Origin: Nostoc sp. | GTDB taxonomy: Bacteria > Cyanobacteriota > Cyanobacteriia > Cyanobacteriales > Nostocaceae | Assembly (NCBI RefSeq): GCF_036916985.1 | Contig: NZ_JBALFD010000014.1 | Coordinates: 103,123-167,122, forward strand | Direction: 5' to 3' | Length of the DNA stretch: 64,000 nucleotides | In this document: positions 38,238 through 46,295 of the stretch, piece by piece | Position numbering within the stretch: position 1 is the stretch's first letter | How the letters are laid out: each line of letters begins with the position of its first letter | Program-made: the position numbers and the translations under genes | Notes under the pieces: generated by a model | What the model was told of the DNA's origin: nothing | What the model saw: only the letters and a program-made list of their open reading frames with translations | Databases searched by the model: none

Positions 38238-39560
38238 GTGTCCCAAGTTGTTTTAGAAAACGTTTATAAAAGTTTTTCCTCACGTAAAGGGGAAAGTGTT
38301 ACCTCACAAACCCAATCTCCCCTCACATCTGGGGATAAAGCTGATGCAGGGCAAGATCGTGCCGGAAGTGTCAACGTCTTGCGGCGGATTAACCTGACGA
38401 TCGCAGATGGCGAGTTTATGGTGCTGGTAGGCCCTTCTGGTTGTGGTAAAAGCACCTTGCTACGGTTAATCGCCGGCTTAGAGGTGATGACCGGCGGTAA
38501 TATTTGGGTAGGCGATCGCTTGATCAATGACCTACCACCAAAGGAACGCGACATCGCAATGGTGTTTCAAAATTATGCCCTCTATCCGCACATGACGGTG
38601 TATGATAACATCGCGTTTGGGTTACGCCGTAGGGGAAGCAGGGGAGCAGAGGAGCAGAGGAGCAGAGGAGAAAATACTTCTTCGTCTCAATATCTTCAGG
38701 CGTGGACGGAAAATCTTTTTGTGGGGGCGACCAGAAAGTTACCTAAAGGATTACGCTACACTTCTGACAAAGAACGGGCGGTGAATGAACAGGTGCGTAG
38801 TGTTGCTCAATTGTTGCAAATCGAAACATTGCTGAATCGCTTACCCAAACAGCTATCTGGGGGACAAAGACAACGGGTTGCATTGGGAAGAGCGATCGCC
38901 CGTGACCCCCAAGTATTCTTAATGGATGAACCGCTTTCTAACTTAGATGCGAAACTGCGGGCGGAAACCCGCGCCCAAATTGTCAAATTGCAGCGCCAAC
39001 TGGGGACAACGACGATTTACGTTACCCATGACCAAACCGAAGCGATGACAATGGGCGATCGCATTGCGATTATGTCTGAGGGTAAAATTCAGCAAGTCGC
39101 TTCTCCCTTAGAACTTTACAACCGTCCTGCCAACCTTTTTGTAGCAGAGTTCATTGGTTCCCCACCGATGAATTTTATTCCTGTAGAATTTCATGCGCCG
39201 CAGTTGATTACTCATCCCCAGTTGCGTTTCACCCTTCCAGAAGTTTGGGGAAAAGCTTTACAAAAATATGATGGGAAAACTCTAATTTTAGGTATTCGTC
39301 CAGAACATTTGAACTTGAGTATGCCTGCTACCAAAAATCTACCTGTACAAGTAGATTTGGTAGAAAATCTCGGTAACGATTCCTTTCTCGCCGTTAAGAT
39401 TGCCGAACCAGGATCTCAACCTGCCACTACAGCCAATTACCTACAAGTGCGAATACCACCAGACCGATTTGTACAACCTGGTGAGCAACTTTGGTTATCG
39501 CTAACTCCAGAAAAAATTCACTTTTTTGACCCAGAAACCGAGTTAGCAATATTTCCCTAA
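38238..39560 (+). CDS. MalK/UgpC-type sugar ABC transporter ATP-binding protein (with repeat-derived inserts)
   Basis: 'GPSGCGKST', 'LSGGQRQRVALGRA', 'FLMDEPLSNLD' and a C-terminal regulatory domain. The start is uncertain: GTG at 38238 is chosen, and the track ORF begins at 38169. Confidence 0.85.
   Translation: MSQVVLENVYKSFSSRKGESVTSQTQSPLTSGDKADAGQDRAGSVNVLRRINLTIADGEFMVLVGPSGCGKSTLLRLIAGLEVMTGGNIWVGDRLINDLPPKERDIAMVFQNYALYPHMTVYDNIAFGLRRRGSRGAEEQRSRGENTSSSQYLQAWTENLFVGATRKLPKGLRYTSDKERAVNEQVRSVAQLLQIETLLNRLPKQLSGGQRQRVALGRAIARDPQVFLMDEPLSNLDAKLRAETRAQIVKLQRQLGTTTIYVTHDQTEAMTMGDRIAIMSEGKIQQVASPLELYNRPANLFVAEFIGSPPMNFIPVEFHAPQLITHPQLRFTLPEVWGKALQKYDGKTLILGIRPEHLNLSMPATKNLPVQVDLVENLGNDSFLAVKIAEPGSQPATTANYLQVRIPPDRFVQPGEQLWLSLTPEKIHFFDPETELAIFP
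38632..38670. repeat. heptamer array (ggagcag)n inside the ABC ATPase gene
   Basis: ggggaagcaggggagcagaggagcagaggagcagaggag encodes 'GSRGAEEQRSRGE'. Confidence 0.9.
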
Positions 39561-39562
39561 TA

Positions 39563-39934
39563 CTATCCGCGCCTAATTGGTAGAATACGCACTCTGGATT
39601 GGGCTTGGTCAACAGTGACCAATGCGCCTGTCTCTAGTGAAGACTCAAACTGATTCAGGGCTGAAATAACTAGATTTTCTATACTTTTTGGCAAAACATC
39701 CTGGGTACGAACCTGAATAACACTAGGAGTATCGACACCTGTCGCAGCTAGCAGGGAACCAAAGTCTAAATCGTGAGTAAAGACGATATATCCATTAGTT
39801 CTTGCCCACTCCATAATTATTGAATCTTTCTCACGGGGATCGCCAACCGTAGACCAGTGGACAGCAGCAATATTGTACCTCTCAAAAACCGCAACCCAAT
39901 CAGGAGAAAGGTTCATATCAATCAAAATTTTCAT
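39563..39934 (-). CDS. DUF5615 (Mut7-C/PIN-like) putative toxin, full length (123 aa)
   Basis: 'MKILIDMNLSP......IMEWARTNGYIVFTHDLDF' is the family core. It overlaps the upstream DUF433 gene by 4 nt. Confidence 0.7.
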   Translation of the reverse strand: MKILIDMNLSPDWVAVFERYNIAAVHWSTVGDPREKDSIIMEWARTNGYIVFTHDLDFGSLLAATGVDTPSVIQVRTQDVLPKSIENLVISALNQFESSLETGALVTVDQAQSRVRILPIRRG

Positions 39935-40161
39935 GCACTTCTAAGAGGAACTTCAATCTCTTCAGCCCGCCATGCAGCGTAGGCAAGTGCCTCATAGATG
40001 TCGGCTTCTTCGAGGTAGGGATACGCTTTGAGGATGTCGCTATTACTGTGACCAGATGCCATTAAGCCGACGACAGTTCCAACGGTGACACGCATTCCCC
40101 GAATGCAGGGTTTACCACCCATCACTTCAGGATTGCGAGTAATTCTAGTGAGATTTTGCAT
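39931..40161 (-). CDS. DUF433 putative antitoxin
   Basis: 'ITRNPEVMGGKPCIRGMRVTVGTVVGL...G.S...IL.AYPYLEEADI.EAL.YA' is the typical DUF433 sequence. Confidence 0.8.
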   Translation of the reverse strand: MQNLTRITRNPEVMGGKPCIRGMRVTVGTVVGLMASGHSNSDILKAYPYLEEADIYEALAYAAWRAEEIEVPLRSA

Positions 40162-40238
40162 AATTTTTGTAGAGTAGGAGTAGGGTTATTGGATTGAGCA
40201 TCCCAACTTTCACAAGTACGATCAAATTTCATTGGAAA

Positions 40239-43200
40239 TCAATCTTCTTGAGAAAGAATTAAATTTAGAATATTCATTTCTTTAGACTGGAATATTTGAT
40301 TTTCATTAAATAGGTTTTTACCTAATTTATCCATTGCACCACTATTGAAAACTACGTAAGGAATATTTTGATAATTAGAGTCAATAGGCAAAATATTATA
40401 TGCTAAAGCAAGTGTAGAAACGTACCGAGCTAAAATATCCCGTAAAGACAGATTATCAATTTTTCTCTCATTTTCAAAATAATCTTCAAAAGCCTGAAAA
40501 GATAAAAATGTCTGTATAGGTAAAGCATAATAACGTTCTGACGAAAGAGAAGTTTGGGTTAATTTTTGTGAGCGTTCTAATTCACTAAAAATTGTTCTAG
40601 TCAAGTCTATTAAAGAATAAGCAGCACTAATAATTTGTTTTGGATATTTTCCTGACTTTACTAAAAGTTGAAGTTGTTTGATAAAATCTTCATTTCGCTT
40701 TTGATCGAGAATTTTTTCTAAGTCAATATAATTAGTTTCTTTAACTAGTTTCTCTGATAACGGTACAATGAGTAAACTACCTCTAACGTATGTTTTTTCA
40801 ATTGGTGGTAGACTCAGTAAATTATCAAGGCTAGTCTCAATTTTTGATAAAAAATTAAATCCAATTGAAACATAGGATACTTCTTGAGTTTCAGAAAGTG
40901 ATTTATTTTGAGAATAAGGGCTGATTTGAGTTTTTTGAATAGAAAGTAATTCAGATAAATTTTGCTCTATATTTTTCAAGATATTATCTCTAGGTTGTTT
41001 TTTTACCTCCTTTTGAATTTGCCGTAATAATGTAGCCAATGTACCAATAAATGTCTCCCCTGCTTGGCTAATTGCTTTACCACCAATAGGAATAATAACG
41101 TATCGTTTTCTACCAATTTCCCCTGATCCCATAATCCGGGTCATAATAGATGCTTTCAGGATAATCAGAATATTTAATACATTCAGACAAGCTTCTTTTA
41201 ATGAAAGATTTGTAAGTTGTTCTGATTCAGCAGCACTTAAACTTTTTCCATTATCATCTACTTTTTTTGGGTAGTATATCGCTTTATCAGACAAGTAAAA
41301 ATTTAAATATTTACTACCCTTGTCTAGTTCACCACCTCGCCCACGGTAAATTACTTGGATAATTTCCATCAAATTTTGCTCAATTTGAAAGCTAGGTATC
41401 TGCACAAGAATATATTTAGTTTGGGTAAAAGATAGACCGCGAGATGCAGAAGCAGTCATAAAAACTACTTTGACTGTATTTTGGTATTTCTGAATTTCAG
41501 CTTCTTCTTTATCTGATAAACTGGCATGTATTTCTAAATATTCTTGATGCAGAGTAAAGCTAGGTCTTAGCTGATAAATTTTAGTAATTAATTGCTTGAG
41601 AGTATCTTTATTTTGGATATAGACTATAATCTGCCCATCATTTTCATCTAGCAATTTTAAAATATCTTCTTCAATTTTTTTAGCTACCTTAGTATCTAAA
41701 GTAAAAGTTTCATCTGTAATGTCTTCTGAGCTTAGTGACTGGACAAATATGTGATAATTAAATATCAGCTTGTCAGCAGGGTAAGAATTTGCATTTATCA
41801 GACTTGCAGGCTTACTCAAAAATTGAAATTCATTAAAAGATAAACATTGACCAACTGAATCTGAAACTTGTCTAACAAATATTCTATCTCCCTGAATTTG
41901 ATTTTGGGAAAGATGATTTTCAACTACGTCTTGTATTGTCAGTGACGCGTCAGCAGTAATCACTTTCAGATTAAAGCCGTATTCAGGATTTAACAAATCA
42001 TATTCTTCAACAAAATCTAAAACGCCATGTAGAAAAGCAACTCCCTCTTGGGAACCTGTAATTTCGTCAATCATAATGAAAATATTTTTCATCCGACTGG
42101 CGATTTCTTTCATCTTCTTTGGAATAATCCCAGGAGGCTTTTTAGAAGAATTATAAGCACTACTAAATATTCTACCGAAATGCTTTAAAGTATTACCGTA
42201 GCGAGTTTCCTTTAAAGACTGCATTGAGGCTGTAGCAATAATATTATTAGGTAAATCAGGATTAATGATACAGGTGTGAATTGCTTCACACAAACTTGCT
42301 AAGACTCCAACCTCACGTGGTTTTTCTACTTGTACCAAGTTATCTGTACGTCTAACCAAGCGACTAGGAAAGTCAGATACTTTGTCTTTTAAATTTCTAG
42401 CATCTAAAAATTTTACTTGCCCTATTTGATGTTCGTCAGTCAGGTTATTATTATAGTACTCAATAACGTAACCTCCATTGGCATCATCAAGTATTCTTTT
42501 ATTGGTATTAATACAAATTAAATTGTCCGAAACTAATTTTAAGCTATTTTCCTCTGTAAACTTGTCAATAATATCTCGGTTAACCTGAATTCGAGGACTG
42601 ACGTATATTAGCATTGAACCCTCATGCAAGTGGTCAATAATTTGCTTTGCAACTGCTGTAGTTTTACCAATTCCAGGATTCCCCGTCAAAAACAGCAATG
42701 GTATTCTAGAATCTGCAAGGGTTCGATGTATCAACTCTGCATGAGCATTTCTAAATTCTGTTTCTTTTAGGTCTAGCGATCGCTTAATAGATTCAGGTAC
42801 AATACCGGCCGTATTAAAAAAATCTTGCCCTGCTTCAAATACTTCAGTATTTTCGATATAATTTATTGTATCTTTTTTTGTTTCAACTATATCTTTGACA
42901 AACCTGTTGCCATCCTGAAAGTTTCTAGCTGCATTACTTTTAATGACTTCAAGTAACGTGTTCCGGCTGTCATTAATATCTTTGTCACTCTTATTTTTGT
43001 ATATTTCATAACAATTTTTTAAGATTTCCAGGCTATTTTCAGCATTGTCTTTTTCTTTAGTCAAAGCAATGCCGTTAATCATTCTGTCACTATAGCCAAA
43101 GCAATTAAATTTAACTGCATCAGTTCGTGATATTTTACCTGATGACAGTAAAAATTTATAAAAACTCCAAGCATAACTAGAAGCTTGGATAACCTTCACG

Positions 43201-43949
43201 GCTTCCTTGTCTTTAGTCTTGAAAGCACAGAAGAAGCGAGTCAATTCTTTAGAATATATCTCGTTAAGTTTATTGTTATTGTCGCTACTATTTCCAGTAT
43301 CGATACCGAGTCCACAAAAACTAGACTTGGAACGCACATAATTTAACTCAGTATTTAATGATTCTACCAAACTTTGAATGTTATTTAAATCAGTTATAGA
43401 ATGAATAGCTGAAGTTGTAAAAGTGGATAAGTCTACAACTAAAATTCGATACTTACCCATGTACCGCAGCAATAAGAGAGTATCTGCTTTGAGAAATTCT
43501 CCACCATCCATATAACGGCTAATATCTACGTTTTCAAAGCCCTGAATTTCTAAAATTTCCTTGTAGCAGTCAGGAGGATATCTCTCTAAATTTTTGATAC
43601 CAAAGGCATTTTCATTGTGGAAATCACACTGAAAATAGATAATTTCTATTTTGCTTTTAGTTAGCCAGCCAGATGCTTCTATATATTCTCGCACAAAGCT
43701 GTAGCCCGAAGTCCATCCTTTTTGAATAAATAATTTTACCCAGTCACCAATAATTTCTTGATGAGATTTATCTATGAAATTATTAGCTATAGACTTTTGG
43801 ATATTATGCAAATATAACTTACTTAAAGGCTGAAGATAAACATCGCCGTAGTAATGTTTTAACTTGGAATGCTGAAAGTAAGTTAAAATGCCGATATTAA
43901 AACTTATTTCAAATACTCGACCTAAATTAATGCCTAAATCATTTACCAT
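40239..43949 (-). CDS. 1236-aa helicase-like P-loop NTPase of unknown family (core of the AT-rich island)
   Basis: AGGAG lies 7 nt upstream of the ATG at 43949. Ordered motifs are 'LTGNPGIGKTT', 'IMIDEITG', 'ITADAS', 'FMTASASRGLSF' and 'QVIYRGRGG'. The N- and C-terminal thirds are unassignable. Confidence 0.8.
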   Translation of the reverse strand: MVNDLGINLGRVFEISFNIGILTYFQHSKLKHYYGDVYLQPLSKLYLHNIQKSIANNFIDKSHQEIIGDWVKLFIQKGWTSGYSFVREYIEASGWLTKSKIEIIYFQCDFHNENAFGIKNLERYPPDCYKEILEIQGFENVDISRYMDGGEFLKADTLLLLRYMGKYRILVVDLSTFTTSAIHSITDLNNIQSLVESLNTELNYVRSKSSFCGLGIDTGNSSDNNNKLNEIYSKELTRFFCAFKTKDKEAVKVIQASSYAWSFYKFLLSSGKISRTDAVKFNCFGYSDRMINGIALTKEKDNAENSLEILKNCYEIYKNKSDKDINDSRNTLLEVIKSNAARNFQDGNRFVKDIVETKKDTINYIENTEVFEAGQDFFNTAGIVPESIKRSLDLKETEFRNAHAELIHRTLADSRIPLLFLTGNPGIGKTTAVAKQIIDHLHEGSMLIYVSPRIQVNRDIIDKFTEENSLKLVSDNLICINTNKRILDDANGGYVIEYYNNNLTDEHQIGQVKFLDARNLKDKVSDFPSRLVRRTDNLVQVEKPREVGVLASLCEAIHTCIINPDLPNNIIATASMQSLKETRYGNTLKHFGRIFSSAYNSSKKPPGIIPKKMKEIASRMKNIFIMIDEITGSQEGVAFLHGVLDFVEEYDLLNPEYGFNLKVITADASLTIQDVVENHLSQNQIQGDRIFVRQVSDSVGQCLSFNEFQFLSKPASLINANSYPADKLIFNYHIFVQSLSSEDITDETFTLDTKVAKKIEEDILKLLDENDGQIIVYIQNKDTLKQLITKIYQLRPSFTLHQEYLEIHASLSDKEEAEIQKYQNTVKVVFMTASASRGLSFTQTKYILVQIPSFQIEQNLMEIIQVIYRGRGGELDKGSKYLNFYLSDKAIYYPKKVDDNGKSLSAAESEQLTNLSLKEACLNVLNILIILKASIMTRIMGSGEIGRKRYVIIPIGGKAISQAGETFIGTLATLLRQIQKEVKKQPRDNILKNIEQNLSELLSIQKTQISPYSQNKSLSETQEVSYVSIGFNFLSKIETSLDNLLSLPPIEKTYVRGSLLIVPLSEKLVKETNYIDLEKILDQKRNEDFIKQLQLLVKSGKYPKQIISAAYSLIDLTRTIFSELERSQKLTQTSLSSERYYALPIQTFLSFQAFEDYFENERKIDNLSLRDILARYVSTLALAYNILPIDSNYQNIPYVVFNSGAMDKLGKNLFNENQIFQSKEMNILNLILSQED

Positions 43950-44337
43950 AAAGCGCACTCCTAATTTCGGTCAAAAAGGCTAAGTTATTAAACTTAACAT
44001 TCTTCACCGAGTAAGTATAAGTAGATATTTTACCGATACCTTCGTCACCAATTAGTTTACTATAAGGGTTCAGCTTGAGAGCAATATTTCGATTTACTTC
44101 GTATGGAGAAAAATGAAATAAAGCAATGTATTGTAAAATCGTCTTTTGTAAAGGCGAATCTTTATTTAATAACCCTTCTATAATATCTTTCGTATCACCT
44201 AAGTTATAAATATTTAATAAAGTACTGTAACAAACTACACTATTAAATATAGTCCGCTCTTTATCTACAGAACGGCCTGTAAAGAGGTTGAGAAAAACTC
44301 TGGTTTGTTGGCTTTTATCCACAGATAACTTTTCCAA
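43939..44337 (-). CDS. hypothetical protein (ORF c of the island, with no ATG codon anywhere)
   Basis: A 132-codon open frame in AT-rich DNA. The only start option is TTG at 44337. It overlaps the NTPase start by 11 nt and ORF b by 73 nt. Confidence 0.5.
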   Translation of the reverse strand: MEKLSVDKSQQTRVFLNLFTGRSVDKERTIFNSVVCYSTLLNIYNLGDTKDIIEGLLNKDSPLQKTILQYIALFHFSPYEVNRNIALKLNPYSKLIGDEGIGKISTYTYSVKNVKFNNLAFLTEIRSALYGK

Positions 44338-44837
44338 TGATTAACAGGCTTATCAAGTAAATAACTTACTTCATAATCGGGATCATCTAAATCTGGATCG
44401 TTGATATAATTTATTAATAATCTCAGCCGCTTAATTAATGTTTCTAAACATGCAAAACCCTGTGCATTTGAATTATGTAGACTAGTTTTTGCACATTCTA
44501 TTCTCAAATAATCCAAATAATCTATTTTGATATCTCGTAGTAGTCTCGGAAGAGATTCAGTGTCTACTATTTTTTGAAATTCAGTAAGTTCAGATTCTTT
44601 TTGCTCTGATATATTGTCTAAAATTTCTGTCAGCTGTTGCCAATCTTGTGAATCGGGTCTACTTATAGTATCTATGTAGCTTTTAAGGCTCTCTAAAAGC
44701 CTACTATTAAAATTAGATAATGGTGTGCAAAGATTGTCTAAGGAAGATTGAGTTTCGTTTTCTCCACAAGCAGTAACAAGTTGTCTTCTCAATTCATCTC
44801 TAATGGCTTGGATTTTAGAATAAAATTCTGTTTCCAA
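44265..44837 (-). CDS. hypothetical protein (ORF b of the island, with no ATG codon anywhere)
   Basis: A 190-codon open frame whose only start option is TTG at 44837, 1 nt after the stop of ORF a. The predicted protein looks helical and acidic. Confidence 0.5.
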   Translation of the reverse strand: METEFYSKIQAIRDELRRQLVTACGENETQSSLDNLCTPLSNFNSRLLESLKSYIDTISRPDSQDWQQLTEILDNISEQKESELTEFQKIVDTESLPRLLRDIKIDYLDYLRIECAKTSLHNSNAQGFACLETLIKRLRLLINYINDPDLDDPDYEVSYLLDKPVNHWKSYLWIKANKPEFFSTSLQAVL

Positions 44838-44838
44838 C

Positions 44839-45078
44839 TTAAAAATTTACGGTTGCTGCTTTAATACCTATATTCTGTGTTAAAGGACTTTGTGGACGTT
44901 GATTGGTATTGGTAGCAATTTCATAAACTGAGATTCTGAGTTTATTTCCATCTGGAGAAAATTTAAATAGTGGTTTTTGTTTAATTAATTCTAAAATTTT
45001 GTCTAGTAATGGAATGTAATCTAATTTTGCTAATGGATTTCAGCTTTCCTCAATAGAATGTCTTGATGTTGATGTCAT
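44839..45078 (-). CDS. ORF a of the island: ATG-initiated, 80-codon frame interrupted by TGA at codon 13
   Basis: My own translation is MTSTSRHSIEES-TGA-NPLAKLDYIPLLDKILELIKQKPLFKFSPDGNKLRISVYEIATNTNQRPQSPLTQNIGIKAATVNF-TAA. It is missing from the ORF track because no start codon follows the TGA. Confidence 0.35.
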
Positions 45079-45473
45079 GATGCAACCACTGTTTAGAAAG
45101 ATTTCAATTTTGTGACTTACCCTAAAAGATTGATGCACTTAAACAGCAGCCAACAGAGTAAGCTGGCAGAATGAATTCTGAGTTTGTAAGACTTATCTTA
45201 TAACCCAAAAATTTTAATTCAGCCATATCGTTAGTTTTGAAGACTTACGCTTATCTGGTGAATATTATAGTATAAATGTACCAAAAAATTGCTTTTGAAA
45301 AAAAGTTTAAAATTCTTAATTTTTAGTAAAATAGTTTGTTAATCAATTTGGTAAAAAAGTGCTTTCAACTGTAAAGTAGTGATGCCTACGGCGGCAAGCT
45401 ACGCACCTACACCCCAAATTTCACAAGTGCGTAGCCGTAAGGCTTGTCCTTAGACATCGCACTCTCAAAGTTA

Positions 45474-46226
45474 TTAATTTGTAGAAGCACTAAAAGATAG
45501 TGCAGATGCTGCCAGTAAATGCGGATGGTGGTGTTGCCAAAAACTCAAAATCTGTTCACCAACCTGTTGAGGATAGAAGTAGTGAAAAAAATGATATCCT
45601 TCTGGGCATTCCCAGAGCTTATCTTCTGGTTTTAACCAATTTAACCAGTCATGCAATGCAGTTGGGTTGACTACCGGATCGCTCTTGCTACCACATACCA
45701 TCATCGGCATAGAAACTCCACCCTTGGGTAAATAAACCAACTTAAACAAAGAGTGTGATGATGGAGATTGTTCTAAATCTTTATCTAAGGTAGCGACTAA
45801 CTTCTTAGTAGTATGAGGTGGTTGATTTCCAAAAAGACTGCGGACATTGCTTGCCAAAACTAACTCACGGCTGATGTTAAAAAGTTGTCGTTGATAGTAA
45901 TAATGAGCTTGCCAATTGTTTGCAGGTTGAGCTGCTACAGCCAGCAGAGTTAGCGATCGCACTTTTTGCGGAAATCGCCGCGCAAAGGTTAAGGCGATCG
46001 CACCACCTATAGCATGACCGGCTAAATGTACGGGGCGATCGCGCCATTCTAAAAAGTCATATAGCAACTCCACAGCTTGATCTATGGAACTAGCTTCATC
46101 TTTAGTTTGCTGATATTCCCACTGGGCGACACTCGTATACCCAGATAAATATTCAAGTAATGGTTTATCAAAACGCTGCAAAGCAGGACTAGCACTTAAC
46201 CATAAAACATCAAATGGATCGGACAT
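45474..46226 (-). CDS. alpha/beta-hydrolase-fold protein (IsiC-like position), nucleophile elbow reads GHAIGG
   Basis: 'VHLAGHAIGGAIALTFA' elbow with Ala where Ser is expected. It lies directly downstream of flavodoxin, as I recall for the isiB-isiC arrangement in unicellular cyanobacteria. Confidence 0.7.
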   Translation of the reverse strand: MSDPFDVLWLSASPALQRFDKPLLEYLSGYTSVAQWEYQQTKDEASSIDQAVELLYDFLEWRDRPVHLAGHAIGGAIALTFARRFPQKVRSLTLLAVAAQPANNWQAHYYYQRQLFNISRELVLASNVRSLFGNQPPHTTKKLVATLDKDLEQSPSSHSLFKLVYLPKGGVSMPMMVCGSKSDPVVNPTALHDWLNWLKPEDKLWECPEGYHFFHYFYPQQVGEQILSFWQHHHPHLLAASALSFSASTN

Positions 46227-46257
46227 ATAATACCTATAAATTCTAAATTATCAATTT

Positions 46258-46287
46258 CAATAAAGGCGCACAGCTAGCTGTGCGCCC
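46258..46287 (-). terminator. hairpin downstream of flavodoxin
   Basis: ggcgcacag-ctag-ctgtgcgcc, followed on the minus strand by tttattg. Confidence 0.5.
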
Positions 46288-46295
46288 CTATTAGT

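Noticed and set aside
31443-45042. Genome-wide TGA reassignment as an explanation for the two in-frame TGAs (31443-31445 and 40-45042 region)
   Set aside because: TGA terminates well-supported genes in this same window at sensible positions, for example smc at 30016-30018 and actP at 22200-22202. Local nonsense mutation or local recoding is far more likely.
39563-45473. Interpretation of the AT-rich island as a prophage or integrative element
   Set aside because: I see no integrase, recombinase or transposase gene, no tRNA or att-like direct repeats at the borders, and no phage structural genes. I can only call it a compositionally foreign islet.
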